Source: Gillisia hiemivivida (GTDB lineage Bacteria > Bacteroidota > Bacteroidia > Flavobacteriales > Flavobacteriaceae). Taken from it: 64,000 nucleotides of DNA. A program made the position numbers and the translations under genes. This document shows positions 49,786 through 60,120 of this stretch, piece by piece. The DNA lies in NCBI RefSeq assembly GCF_007997295.1, contig NZ_VORY01000008.1:76596-140595 (forward strand), written 5' to 3'. Position 1 is the stretch's first letter; every line of letters starts with the position of its first letter. The notes beneath the pieces are model-generated. The model was not told where the DNA came from, did no database searches, and saw nothing but the letters and a program-made list of their open reading frames with translations.

Positions 49786-50529
49786 CTATTTTATTTTACT
49801 GATTTTCACTCCACCTATATTCAAGCCTTTCTTTATTTTGGCATCTCCTGTATATTCAAGAGAGGCTTCGCCATATGATGTGATTTTGATTTTTTCTGAA
49901 GCATTAATTTTAAACTCCGCTTCACCATAAGCCGTGATTTTGGTTTCTTCATTGGCTACGGCCAAGGCATTGACCTTACTTTCTCCGTAAGCGGTATATT
50001 TTTGATTTTGAATGTTTCCAGATTTAATTTCCAAAACACTTTCGCCATAAATAACTGTGTGAAGTTGCTTTAGGTTCACTTCATTTAGATATATATGCGA
50101 TTCCCCGTAGATTTTCAAATTGAAATCATTTCCTTTCAAAATACTTTTGCAAACAAGATTTTCTTCTCCCTTAACCCAAAGATCCTCCAAGTTTTTATAA
50201 GTAATCGTAGCGGTTACGATAGTTCCTTTATAGATTGGGCGCTTCATTTTTATCCCATTTTCATAAACGTTTTCTTCCTTGGTAATTTCTTTGGCATCCT
50301 CTAGATATATGCGCAGGGTTTTGCCATCCACTTCAATATTGAGTTTATCATCGCTTACTTTATTACTTTCAATGGTTACTGTTTCTTCAGCTCCTTCAAC
50401 CAATGTTACCTGTATATGCGGACTCACAATCACTTTATCGAAATGCTCTACTGCCATTACATTTTGGGAGAAAACGGTTTCAGTAAATAATAAAGTGAGC
50501 GTTGTTAAAAAGAAAATTAATTGTGTCAT
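49786..50529 (-). CDS. Secreted beta-rich repeat protein (DUF4097 / head-GIN-domain-like, LiaG-type putative adhesin fold)
   Basis: A signal peptide (MTQLIFFLTTLTLLFTETVFSQN) is present. Repeated beta-strand units run ITAYGEAEFKINASEKIKITSYGEASLEYTGDAK. It is embedded between permease paralogs 3 and 4. Confidence 0.5.
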   Translation of the reverse strand: MTQLIFFLTTLTLLFTETVFSQNVMAVEHFDKVIVSPHIQVTLVEGAEETVTIESNKVSDDKLNIEVDGKTLRIYLEDAKEITKEENVYENGIKMKRPIYKGTIVTATITYKNLEDLWVKGEENLVCKSILKGNDFNLKIYGESHIYLNEVNLKQLHTVIYGESVLEIKSGNIQNQKYTAYGESKVNALAVANEETKITAYGEAEFKINASEKIKITSYGEASLEYTGDAKIKKGLNIGGVKISKIK

Positions 50530-50547
50530 AATTTTTGTTTTTTAATA

Positions 50548-52974
50548 TTATTCTGTCCTTAAACTTTTTATGGGGTTAGCAATGGCAGTTTTTACCGTTT
50601 TTATACTAATGGATAAGAGTACCAATCCAAAGACTAATAGTATAGGAAGAATAAACAACCACAAGTGTAAATCGATTTTGAACGCAAAATTTTTCAACCA
50701 ATTCTGAATTAGCAAATAACTGATTGGAACACTTAGTAAAACTGAAAGCATCACCGTTTTTACAAAATCCTTTGAAAGTAAAATCAAAATATTTGTAGTG
50801 CTAGCGCCAATTACTTTCCGAATTCCTATTTCCTTTCTTCGCTTTTCAACCGAAAAGGAAGCGAGCCCCAATAGTCCTAAACATGCTACTAGTATAGAGA
50901 ATGCGGTAAGTATCATAAACACATTTTTAAAGCGATCATCAGCTTCAAATTGCTTGTTGTATTCCTGATCCATAAAAAAATACGAGAAAGGTGCCTCAGG
51001 ATAAACTGCATTAAAGTTTTCCTTCACCTGTGCAACATTATCGCCTGATGAACCTCCATTAAACTGTACTGTGGCAAGACTTCTAAAATTGTTATTGAAT
51101 ATATGGATCATTGGCAAAAAAGGTGATTTGGGTGATTGCTGATGATAATTTTTCACTACTCCTTTGATCGTCCATTCATTACCCCAAAAAGTAAGTTTTT
51201 TATTTACTGCATCTTCTGGAGTTTGTATGTCCCAATGTTTAAGTGCCTCTTCATTTACCACAACCTGACTTTTTTCGGGAGTAGTGCCTTCATCAAAGTT
51301 AGTTCCTGCTAGCATTTCGACATCTAACAATGGAATATAGTCCTTGTCGATAAACGTGATATAAAAATTGTGGTATTGCTCTGGAGTAACTCCTGTTATA
51401 TGAATGTCGGCCGTTGTAGACAAAGAAGCAGATGGTTGACCTGGGACAGTATGCGATAAGGAAACGGCATTTATATTTGAATTTGCTAGTAAGCTTTGCT
51501 TAAATACCGAATAATTTTCAGAAGAATTTTTTGTAGGTGCTTCCACAATAATACTACGCTCCACATTAACCCCCTTATCCAAACCTCGCATATATTCAAG
51601 TTGTTCATTTACGGTAAACGTTTGGATTAATAAAATAATGGTTATCGCAAATTGAAAAATCACAAGGCCTTTTCGCAAGAACGTTCCTTTAATTGAATGT
51701 GAAAAATCACCTTTTAAAACTGTTGACGGTTTAAAGGACGATAAAATAATGGCAGGGTAGAGCCCAGAAAGAAGTCCTCCCAATACAATGAAGGTGAAAA
51801 GAAGAACCCAGAAAGTTAGATTTCCGAAGAGCACAAAATCCTCTGGTAATCCTGAAAGGGAAAGAAAACTAGATTTCCCTATCCAAACGAGTAATAATGC
51901 AAGGCCTCCAGCAAGAACATTTATAAGTAGAGATTCTACTAAAAACTGAAGTCTAAGTTGAGTAATGGTAGATCCCATCACTTTTTTAATCCCCACTTCC
52001 TTTGCTCTATCCAAAGCCTTTGATGTGGCTAAATTTATATAATTTACATAAGCACTTATTATTATCAATAAGGCCACTCCCAAAAGAAAGAAAATAGATT
52101 TGGCATCCCCATTGGTCTCAGGTTCGAACGTCTTTTTTGAATATAAGTGAATATCTTTTATTTTTTGACCGATAATTTCTTCGCTTTTTATTTTTTTTTC
52201 GTCAATTAATCGTTTGTTAAAAGCAGCTAAAGAAGTAGTGAAATGCTTGTAATCTGCACCTTTCACCAACTTTACATACATATACGAGTTGTTGTTATTC
52301 CAATTTTCATCCCTTTCTCCGTGACGTTTTAACATCTCGGCATCCGCAAGCATTGTTGGATAGGAAATAAGCATATCAAATTTCAAATGTGTATTTGGGG
52401 GGCTGTCATGGGTAACTCCAACCACATTATAAAGTATGTCCTCTGAACTTCTAGGTGATTTAATAACTTCTCCCACAACATCAGTCCGGTTAAAATACTT
52501 TAAGGCTGTGGATTCGGTAATTATGGCTTGGTTGGGTTTTTTGAATAGATCTTTTTCACTTCCATGTATCAGCTTATAATTAAACATCTTGAAGAAATCG
52601 GCATCCACGGCATAGAGATCTTTCATAAGAAACTGCTGCTCTTTAATCTGCATAGGTGAGTTTGGTTCCCCGATAGCATAAACCCTCGAATAGGCTTCCA
52701 CCTCGGGCACTTCAGACACCAGTTTTGGGCCAACGGGAGGGTACATTTCGCTATCCTGTGTTGTAACTGAGTTTCCTGTCATAAGGTTTAGAGTAAGTCG
52801 CACAACTCTATCTGCATTAGGATGTGTATTTTCATAACTTCTTTCAAACTGAACATACTGTACAATAAGTAATGTAATTGCAAAACCAGTTGCCAAACCT
52901 ATAAGATTAATAAGCGTAAGACCCTTGCTTTTAACGAGACTCCTCCATGCTATTTTAAAGTAATTTCTGATCAT
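50548..52974 (-). CDS. ABC transporter permease, double FtsX-domain paralog 4
   Basis: It has the same architecture as paralog 1. The C-terminus is IANPIKSLRTE. Confidence 0.8.
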   Translation of the reverse strand: MIRNYFKIAWRSLVKSKGLTLINLIGLATGFAITLLIVQYVQFERSYENTHPNADRVVRLTLNLMTGNSVTTQDSEMYPPVGPKLVSEVPEVEAYSRVYAIGEPNSPMQIKEQQFLMKDLYAVDADFFKMFNYKLIHGSEKDLFKKPNQAIITESTALKYFNRTDVVGEVIKSPRSSEDILYNVVGVTHDSPPNTHLKFDMLISYPTMLADAEMLKRHGERDENWNNNNSYMYVKLVKGADYKHFTTSLAAFNKRLIDEKKIKSEEIIGQKIKDIHLYSKKTFEPETNGDAKSIFFLLGVALLIIISAYVNYINLATSKALDRAKEVGIKKVMGSTITQLRLQFLVESLLINVLAGGLALLLVWIGKSSFLSLSGLPEDFVLFGNLTFWVLLFTFIVLGGLLSGLYPAIILSSFKPSTVLKGDFSHSIKGTFLRKGLVIFQFAITIILLIQTFTVNEQLEYMRGLDKGVNVERSIIVEAPTKNSSENYSVFKQSLLANSNINAVSLSHTVPGQPSASLSTTADIHITGVTPEQYHNFYITFIDKDYIPLLDVEMLAGTNFDEGTTPEKSQVVVNEEALKHWDIQTPEDAVNKKLTFWGNEWTIKGVVKNYHQQSPKSPFLPMIHIFNNNFRSLATVQFNGGSSGDNVAQVKENFNAVYPEAPFSYFFMDQEYNKQFEADDRFKNVFMILTAFSILVACLGLLGLASFSVEKRRKEIGIRKVIGASTTNILILLSKDFVKTVMLSVLLSVPISYLLIQNWLKNFAFKIDLHLWLFILPILLVFGLVLLSISIKTVKTAIANPIKSLRTE

Positions 52975-53049
52975 GTTTTAAAAGTTAATTGTTAACCCTA
53001 TCGTTTTTTATTTACTGCCAATTTATTCTCCATCTGTTAGTTAGCGGGC

Positions 53050-55482
53050 TTATTCAGTTCTTAAACTTTTTATAGGATTGGCTAGTGCCGCTTTGATACT
53101 TTGGTAACTCACTGTTATTATAGCGATGCTTATTACTAAGATTGCTGAAAAGCTCATAATTTCCCAGCCTATCTGTATCCGATATGAAAAATCCTCCAAC
53201 CAGATATTCATAAAATACCAGCCAAATGGTAACGCTATTATAGTAGCGATGGCCACAAGTTTTAGAAAGTCTGTTGTTAACCCATAAGTAATCTGGCTCA
53301 CGCTGGCTCCCAATACCTTACGCACTCCTATTTCCTTGATTCTGTTTTGGGCATTGAATGCTGCCAGACCAAAAAGACCCAAACAGGCGATAAAAATTGA
53401 TAAGCTTGTAAATACAATAAAGATGCTACCCAGGCGACGCTCCTCTTTGTAGGAGGTTTCAAATGCGTCATCCATAAAGCGATAATTGAAAGGCTGACCA
53501 GGAACTCTCTTTATCCAAATGCTTTCGATGCTAGCAATGACGCTGGCGAAATCATCTGTTTTCAACTTGATGGCCATGGATCCCGTAGATCTTTTCATGA
53601 ATAGTCCCAGCGAACCTATATTCTCTCGCAGGGATTCATAATGAAAATCTTTAATGACACCTATGACATGATAAAATTCAGGATTTTCACGTTCCACTTC
53701 TTCGGTAATTCTTATTCCAAGAGCTTCTTCTGCACTTAGACCTAGCGTTGCTAATGTCGATTCATTGATAATAACGGCAGTAGAATCTGCGGCAGATTGA
53801 CTATTGAAATCGCGACCGGCGATTAACTCCAGACTTAGCGTATTTAAATAATCGTCATCGACTTCCCAAGTTTGCATCTGGATGGCATATTCCTGATCCA
53901 TGGCGCTTTCCCTAAAATAGGAACTGTTAGATCGTGAGGATGGAGTAGGCATGAAGCTGCTCAATGTAGCGCTCTTGACGGCGCTCAAGTTGAGAACATC
54001 CTGTTTAAAAACATTTAGCTGTTTTCCAGCGGCATATGTGTCATTGATTACTAAAACCTGTTCCTTGTCAAAACCCAAATCCTTGTTTTGTATAAACTCC
54101 AATTGCTGAAAAACCACAAGGGTTCCAACAATCAAGAACACAGCAACGCCAAACTGAAATACAACTAGCATGCTTCTAATATTCCATTTGCTACTATTCT
54201 TCATTCCGTTTCCCTTAAGTGTGTCTACTGGAATAAATCGAGATATGACAAAGGCTGGATAACTGCCAGAAAAGAGTCCTAGAAGTATAGTGATGAGTAA
54301 AATCGCAACATAGAACAAAGGTTCTGTAAAAGGTATGCTAATATTCCTACCAGCTAGATCATTGAAAAATGGTAATGCAATAAACGCTATGACAATGGCT
54401 ATTATCATTGAGGCAAAAGCAACAAGTCCAGATTCTGTTAGGAATTGCACTATTAATTGAAGCCTGTTGGATCCCAGTGTCTTGCGTATTCCTACTTCCT
54501 TACTTCTTTTTAGGGAATGAGCAGTGGATAAATTCATAAAATTTACGCATGCTAGAAAAATTAGGAAGAAACCAATGAATGATAAAATGTAGACGTTTTG
54601 GATCGTTCCTGTCTCGCCCATTTCATTCTGATTGTCAGAATACAGATGAATATCAGTCAACGGTATGGTGTGGAATTTTATATAATTTCCAGACGCCGCA
54701 AAGGAATCTGCGGTCATACCTGGAAAGGTTTTTTTAGCCCAAGGCAACACATATTTTTCAAGCAAACCATCGAGTTGCAGCTGGAAATTATCCATGCGGG
54801 TCTCTGGTGCTAGTTTGACAAAGGTGTAGTAGTTGTTGCCGCCCCAGATATTTTCTCGAGAGGCCACGTTTCCAGCCATCGCCATAAATATGCTGTAATC
54901 CCCGAGAAAGGAGTTTTTGGGAAGATCTTCCATCACACCAGTGACCATATAGGTTTCTTTATTATTTAATAGAAGACTCTTGCCAACTACATCCACACTG
55001 CCGAAATGATTTTCTGCAGCCGTTCTGGTCATGACCAGTGTATTGGTTTCCTTCAGTGCTGTTTCGGTGTTTCCGTTAATGAGCTCAAGCCCAAACATGT
55101 TGAAAAATGTGGAATCCACATATGTGGTAGAAAGTTCTTTGATATTGGCCGTTTTATCACTGCTCCTCAATAGATTACTCCCGAGAGTTCTAAACCGAAC
55201 GGTATTTTCAACCTCGGCAAAATCCGTTTGCAAGGTTCCGGCCATCGGCGGAGCAGCTTCAGCGCTCTTAATCTCTGCCCCACCAAATTTTATGTCTGTT
55301 TCAATTCGATAAATGCGGTCTGCATCTGCAAACATGTTATCATGATTAAGCTCTTCATAGATGTAGAGTGCGATTAATAAACCACCAGCCATTCCTATGG
55401 CAAGCCCTAATGTATTGATCAAGGTAAAAAAGGGTTGCTTTTTTAGACTTCTAAATGCTATTTTGATATAATTTCTGATCAT
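53050..55482 (-). CDS. ABC transporter permease, double FtsX-domain paralog 5
   Basis: It has the same architecture as paralog 1. The C-terminus is LANPIKSLRTE. Confidence 0.8.
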   Translation of the reverse strand: MIRNYIKIAFRSLKKQPFFTLINTLGLAIGMAGGLLIALYIYEELNHDNMFADADRIYRIETDIKFGGAEIKSAEAAPPMAGTLQTDFAEVENTVRFRTLGSNLLRSSDKTANIKELSTTYVDSTFFNMFGLELINGNTETALKETNTLVMTRTAAENHFGSVDVVGKSLLLNNKETYMVTGVMEDLPKNSFLGDYSIFMAMAGNVASRENIWGGNNYYTFVKLAPETRMDNFQLQLDGLLEKYVLPWAKKTFPGMTADSFAASGNYIKFHTIPLTDIHLYSDNQNEMGETGTIQNVYILSFIGFFLIFLACVNFMNLSTAHSLKRSKEVGIRKTLGSNRLQLIVQFLTESGLVAFASMIIAIVIAFIALPFFNDLAGRNISIPFTEPLFYVAILLITILLGLFSGSYPAFVISRFIPVDTLKGNGMKNSSKWNIRSMLVVFQFGVAVFLIVGTLVVFQQLEFIQNKDLGFDKEQVLVINDTYAAGKQLNVFKQDVLNLSAVKSATLSSFMPTPSSRSNSSYFRESAMDQEYAIQMQTWEVDDDYLNTLSLELIAGRDFNSQSAADSTAVIINESTLATLGLSAEEALGIRITEEVERENPEFYHVIGVIKDFHYESLRENIGSLGLFMKRSTGSMAIKLKTDDFASVIASIESIWIKRVPGQPFNYRFMDDAFETSYKEERRLGSIFIVFTSLSIFIACLGLFGLAAFNAQNRIKEIGVRKVLGASVSQITYGLTTDFLKLVAIATIIALPFGWYFMNIWLEDFSYRIQIGWEIMSFSAILVISIAIITVSYQSIKAALANPIKSLRTE

Positions 55483-55484
55483 GA

Positions 55485-57905
55485 TTATTCGGTTCTAAGG
55501 CTTTTTACAGGGTTTGCAATTGCTGCTTTTATAGCTTGAAAACTTACCGTTAAAAGCGTTATTATTAATGCAACAATAACGGCAATCATAAACACCCACC
55601 ATTCAATAGTAATTCGATATGGGAAATCCTGTAACCATTTTTGCATTATGTAGTAAGCAAGTGGTGAGGCGATTATAAACGCAATGCCCACCAAACTTAA
55701 AAAGTCCTTGGAGAGAAGCCTAACTACATTTTGAACGCTCGCTCCAAGTACTTTACGAATACTTATTTCCTTTTTCTTTTGTTCTGCCACAAAAGAAACA
55801 AGCCCGAACAGGCCCAAACAACTTATCAAAATTGCCAATGAAGTAAAGACAACAGATATTTTACCTAAGCGTTTTTCTTCGGCATATAATTTTTCAACCT
55901 CCTTATATACAAATGTGTAATCAAAAGGGGTATTTGGGTTAATTATTTTCCAGGAGCTTTCAAGCTTGTTTAAAAGAGCCTCATAATTCTGTGTTTCGGC
56001 TTTTAAAATGATCCAACCAGGTTGCGTTTCATTAAAGAGCAACACGGGGGCTATTTCTTCTTTTAGGGAAGCAAAGTGATAATTACCTGTAACGCCTACA
56101 ATTTCAAACTCATCAACTTCACCTTCGTAGGTTTGTAGAAGTTTTGATCCAACAGCTTTATTCAGCGGAATGTTGAAGGCATCAATGGTGGCTTTATTTA
56201 CCAGAACCTGAATGCTATCATTGGTACGGAGCGTACGTCCAATAAGTAAAGAGGTTCCAACGGTGTTGAGATAGTTGGGGCTAATCCCATCGTAATGCAC
56301 CAGGGTTTGATCTGCCGGATTTCCCCCTGGAATTGTCAATCCCATATCTCCCATAATAAATTCTGAAGGATAATGGTTACTTCCAGAAACTTCGGTAACA
56401 CCAATAACTGTTTCAAAATTCGATTTTGTAGCATTGAAATTTTCTGAAACTTGCTGTGTTCCCAAACGCACTGCAATAAGATTGTCCTTATTGAACCCCA
56501 TATCCATTCTCTGGGAATGTTTTACCTGTTGGGTAATAATGATGACGGAAGAAATTAACCCAATGGAAACTACAAATTGAAAAACCACCAAACCTTTACG
56601 CAGGTTTCCGCTACCTAAATTCAAGCTTACCGATCCTTTCAAAACTTTAATCGGTTTTATTCCCGAAAGGATGATTGCGGGATAAAGGCCTGCAATAAAA
56701 CCAGTAAGGATTCCCAAGCTTAAGATTGATGCTAAAATCTTCAAGTCAAATAAGGCTGAATAGTCTATATTGCCTTCTGTTAATATATTTAAAAAGGGCA
56801 ATGCTAACGCAGTCAAAGGAATACTGATTACTGAAGCAAAAAGGGATAGTAGTATAGATTCCCCTAAAAATTGCCGTATGAGGGTTCCCTTATTCGCACC
56901 AATAGCTTTTCTCACCCCAATTTCTTTGGCTCGCTTGTTGGCACGTGCCGTGCTTAGGTTGATAAAGTTGATACATGCTACTAATTGTATGAACAATGCC
57001 AAGATGAGCAGAATATAGAGATAATTGATATCTGAAACTTTGTCAATCTGGTTTCGAATTCCTTTTGAATACAAATGAATATCGTTAAGCTTTTGTAGAA
57101 AGAGGGATTTATTAAAACCTACCGCAGCCAAATCCTTTGCTCCATGCTGTTGTAAAAAACTGGGGAGTTTTGACTCCAAAGCTTCAGCACTGGCACCTGG
57201 TGCCAGTTTCAAGTAACTAAGAACGAAATTTTGTGTGGCAAAGTTTTGAATTTCTATCACTCTTTCCCCGGTTCCACCGGAATTCATCGTCAATATATAG
57301 TTTGGATTTAGGTGTGTTTTACCAAAGTCATCTTCGAAAACGCCTTTTATTCTCAGGGTCTGCTCTTCCTCGCCACTTCCCAGAACCAAGGTTTCGTTTA
57401 GCGCCTTTTTTGTTCCAAATAGTTTCTTAGCTAATGTTTTTGAAAGTACAATGGAATTGGGTGCGTTTAGAGCTCCCTCAGGTTTTCCCTCGATAAAAGG
57501 ATAATTGAACAATTTAAAGAAAGTGGAATCCGCCAGATAGCCGCGAGACTCGTAGTATGCTTCGTCACTATCCGAAACTCTTACCAGCGATTCATTCCCT
57601 TCCCCAAAATAAACTATGCGACACACTTCAGATACTTCCGGAAAGTCTTCCTTCATTGCAAATGCTATAGGAGGTGAAGTGCCGGCCGAAGGATTAGTGT
57701 TTTCGTTTTCATCGATAACGGTTTTTATCCTGTAAATCGAGGAGGAATCTTCAAATTGTTGATCATAACCGAACTGTGCGATAACATATATAAGGATACT
57801 TAAACAGCATACCGTACCCACCGTTAAGCCTAGTAAATTAATCCCTGTTTGTAGCTTGTTTTTCCAGAGGTTTCGCCATGCGATTTTAAAATAATTCCTA
57901 AACAT
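55485..57905 (-). CDS. ABC transporter permease, double FtsX-domain paralog 6
   Basis: It has the same architecture as paralog 1. The C-terminus is IANPVKSLRTE. It lies 2 bp upstream of paralog 5. Confidence 0.8.
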   Translation of the reverse strand: MFRNYFKIAWRNLWKNKLQTGINLLGLTVGTVCCLSILIYVIAQFGYDQQFEDSSSIYRIKTVIDENENTNPSAGTSPPIAFAMKEDFPEVSEVCRIVYFGEGNESLVRVSDSDEAYYESRGYLADSTFFKLFNYPFIEGKPEGALNAPNSIVLSKTLAKKLFGTKKALNETLVLGSGEEEQTLRIKGVFEDDFGKTHLNPNYILTMNSGGTGERVIEIQNFATQNFVLSYLKLAPGASAEALESKLPSFLQQHGAKDLAAVGFNKSLFLQKLNDIHLYSKGIRNQIDKVSDINYLYILLILALFIQLVACINFINLSTARANKRAKEIGVRKAIGANKGTLIRQFLGESILLSLFASVISIPLTALALPFLNILTEGNIDYSALFDLKILASILSLGILTGFIAGLYPAIILSGIKPIKVLKGSVSLNLGSGNLRKGLVVFQFVVSIGLISSVIIITQQVKHSQRMDMGFNKDNLIAVRLGTQQVSENFNATKSNFETVIGVTEVSGSNHYPSEFIMGDMGLTIPGGNPADQTLVHYDGISPNYLNTVGTSLLIGRTLRTNDSIQVLVNKATIDAFNIPLNKAVGSKLLQTYEGEVDEFEIVGVTGNYHFASLKEEIAPVLLFNETQPGWIILKAETQNYEALLNKLESSWKIINPNTPFDYTFVYKEVEKLYAEEKRLGKISVVFTSLAILISCLGLFGLVSFVAEQKKKEISIRKVLGASVQNVVRLLSKDFLSLVGIAFIIASPLAYYIMQKWLQDFPYRITIEWWVFMIAVIVALIITLLTVSFQAIKAAIANPVKSLRTE

Positions 57906-57936
57906 GATGTTCGTTTTTGATTGATGAATGATCCCC

Positions 57937-58614
57937 TTAGACTAGTACATTTTCGGTTACTTTTTGCCCATCCAGCATCCTGATGATTCGATGACTGAAT
58001 TTCGCGTCATGTTCACTGTGCGTAACCATGATGATGGTGGTTCCCGCTTCGTTGAGTTCGGTTAAAAGATCCATTACTTCGTTTCCATTACTACTGTCCA
58101 AATTCCCTGTAGGCTCATCGGCAAGAATCAGTTTGGGATTATTTACTACTGCTCTGGCTACCGCGACCCGTTGTTGTTGCCCTCCAGATAGCTGCTGAGG
58201 GAAGTGTTTTCTTCGGTGCATAATCTGCATCTTTTCCAGTACTGCGTGAACACGTTCTTTCCGTTCCGCTGGTTTTACTCCTGTATAGATAAGAGGAAGC
58301 TCCACATTTTCAAAAACACTTAGTTCATCGATGAGGTTGAAGCTCTGGAAAACGAAGCCAATATTGTGTTTTCTAAGCTGCGCTCGTTTCCTTTCATTGT
58401 AACCGGCAACTTCTATCCCGTTAAAGAGATAACTTCCACCGTCAGGATCATCAAGTAATCCAAGAATATTTAATAAGGTTGATTTCCCACATCCGGAAGG
58501 TCCCATGATAGCTGCAAATTCTCCTTGTTTTACTTCAAAAGAAAGCTTATTAAGAGCAATTGTTTGTACCTCTTCTGTTTTATAATATTTTTCTAGATTG
58601 GTGATTTTTATCAT
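57937..58614 (-). CDS. ABC transporter ATP-binding protein (MacB/LolD-type), second copy
   Basis: Walker A is GPSGCGKSTLLN, the signature is LSGGQQQRVAVARAV, and Walker B is [11 protein letters not shown]. Confidence 0.85.
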   Translation of the reverse strand: MIKITNLEKYYKTEEVQTIALNKLSFEVKQGEFAAIMGPSGCGKSTLLNILGLLDDPDGGSYLFNGIEVAGYNERKRAQLRKHNIGFVFQSFNLIDELSVFENVELPLIYTGVKPAERKERVHAVLEKMQIMHRRKHFPQQLSGGQQQRVAVARAVVNNPKLILADEPTGNLDSSNGNEVMDLLTELNEAGTTIIMVTHSEHDAKFSHRIIRMLDGQKVTENVLV

Positions 58615-58671
58615 TTTTGACTGATTTATTGATGTTATTTTAAAGGTGTTTTTTAATTCAAATTTATGATG

Positions 58672-59922
58672 TTAATCCAGCACTAATTCTTCAATATCTC
58701 CAAAATTGGAATAGCTTGAAGTAATGACCTTATCGCCAGGTTCGATTCCTTCCAGTACTTCATAATATTCGGTATTCTGACTGCCTAACCGGATTGGTGT
58801 TTTATAAGCAGTTTTTCCATCTTCAGAAATTTTAAATATCCAGTTTCCTCCGGTTTGCTGAAAAAATCCTCCTTTTGATATCAATACCGCTTCTTTTTCC
58901 TGACTAAGAGCCAGCTTGATCTGAAGGCTTTGCCCACGTCTGATATTTTCTGGAACTCCGTCTACAAAATGCATATCCACCTGAAATCTTCCGTTAGAAA
59001 CCTGTGTAAAAACTTTCTTGATTTCCAGTTCGTAATCCTTTCCGTTAAAAGTAAAACTCCCACGTTGACCGTTGAAAATCCTTGAAATATAATGTTCATC
59101 AATTTCCGCACGAACTTTATAACCGCTTACCACGTCTATTTGCCCTAGGCGTTCCCCTTTCTGTTTTGATTGTCCAATTTCTGCATCCAAGGCCGTAAGT
59201 TGCCCATCTACAGGCGCTTTGACCACCAGGTCACCAACTTTTCTGCGCATTAGTTCCAGTGCTTTCCTTGTACGTACATAAGATTCACGAGCTTGTTGAG
59301 ATTCCTGTTTACTGGAAAGTGAGTCCTGCGCCAAGACCTCATTAGCTAACTGATATTTTTCCTTCTGATAGTTGTAATTATTCTCAGATTCCATATAATC
59401 CTGTCTTCCAACAGCACCTTTTTCGAAAAGCTTTTTGTTTAGTTCATATTTACGTTTTCCTTCAATAAGATTGTTTTCCACATCGGTAAGATTATTTCTC
59501 TTATTAATGGTATTCTGTCTGGCAGCATTTTGTGAAATCTGCATTTGTGTAAGAAGATTATATACCTGGGTTTCTTGATTAACTAAGCTTAATTCAAGGT
59601 CTGTATTGGATAGCCTTATTATAGGCTCTCCTTTTTTCATTATGGTGCCGTCTTCTACAAACTTTTCTTCCACTCGTCCTCCTTCCATCGCATCTAGGTA
59701 AATGGTACTTATGGGTAACACCACTCCGTTTACCGGAATATTCTCCTGAAAATTTCCCTTTTGTACATCACTTATTGTGATCCGTTCTTTTTCAACATTC
59801 AATTTTGAATTTCCGGTGGAGGAAAGGATCACAAATAAAATTAGGGCAACAATAAGTACAGATCCCGCGATGATCGCGATTTTCTTAGGAGTAAAACGTT
59901 TCTTTTTAAGAGGTATGTCCAT
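58672..59922 (-). CDS. HlyD-family periplasmic adaptor (membrane fusion protein) of the efflux system
   Basis: An N-terminal anchor (IAIIAGSVLIVALILFVIL) is followed by a long coiled-coil hairpin (Q/E/K-rich) and a C-terminal beta-barrel. It is the first gene of the minus-strand operon. Confidence 0.75.
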   Translation of the reverse strand: MDIPLKKKRFTPKKIAIIAGSVLIVALILFVILSSTGNSKLNVEKERITISDVQKGNFQENIPVNGVVLPISTIYLDAMEGGRVEEKFVEDGTIMKKGEPIIRLSNTDLELSLVNQETQVYNLLTQMQISQNAARQNTINKRNNLTDVENNLIEGKRKYELNKKLFEKGAVGRQDYMESENNYNYQKEKYQLANEVLAQDSLSSKQESQQARESYVRTRKALELMRRKVGDLVVKAPVDGQLTALDAEIGQSKQKGERLGQIDVVSGYKVRAEIDEHYISRIFNGQRGSFTFNGKDYELEIKKVFTQVSNGRFQVDMHFVDGVPENIRRGQSLQIKLALSQEKEAVLISKGGFFQQTGGNWIFKISEDGKTAYKTPIRLGSQNTEYYEVLEGIEPGDKVITSSYSNFGDIEELVLD

Positions 59923-60120
59923 AAATAATCTTGTTTCTGTCTATATTACTATCAAGATAGTGCCATAAACTTAAATAGCTATAAATCAATAAGGTATATA
60001 TTTAATGCGTTTTAAAAGTGTTCGTTTTCGGACACTAGCTGTTCGGTTGCAATACACTATTAACCCATTTAATATTTCTGCTTTTGAAATCCAAAAGAGG
60101 CATGAATAAATTGTAATATT

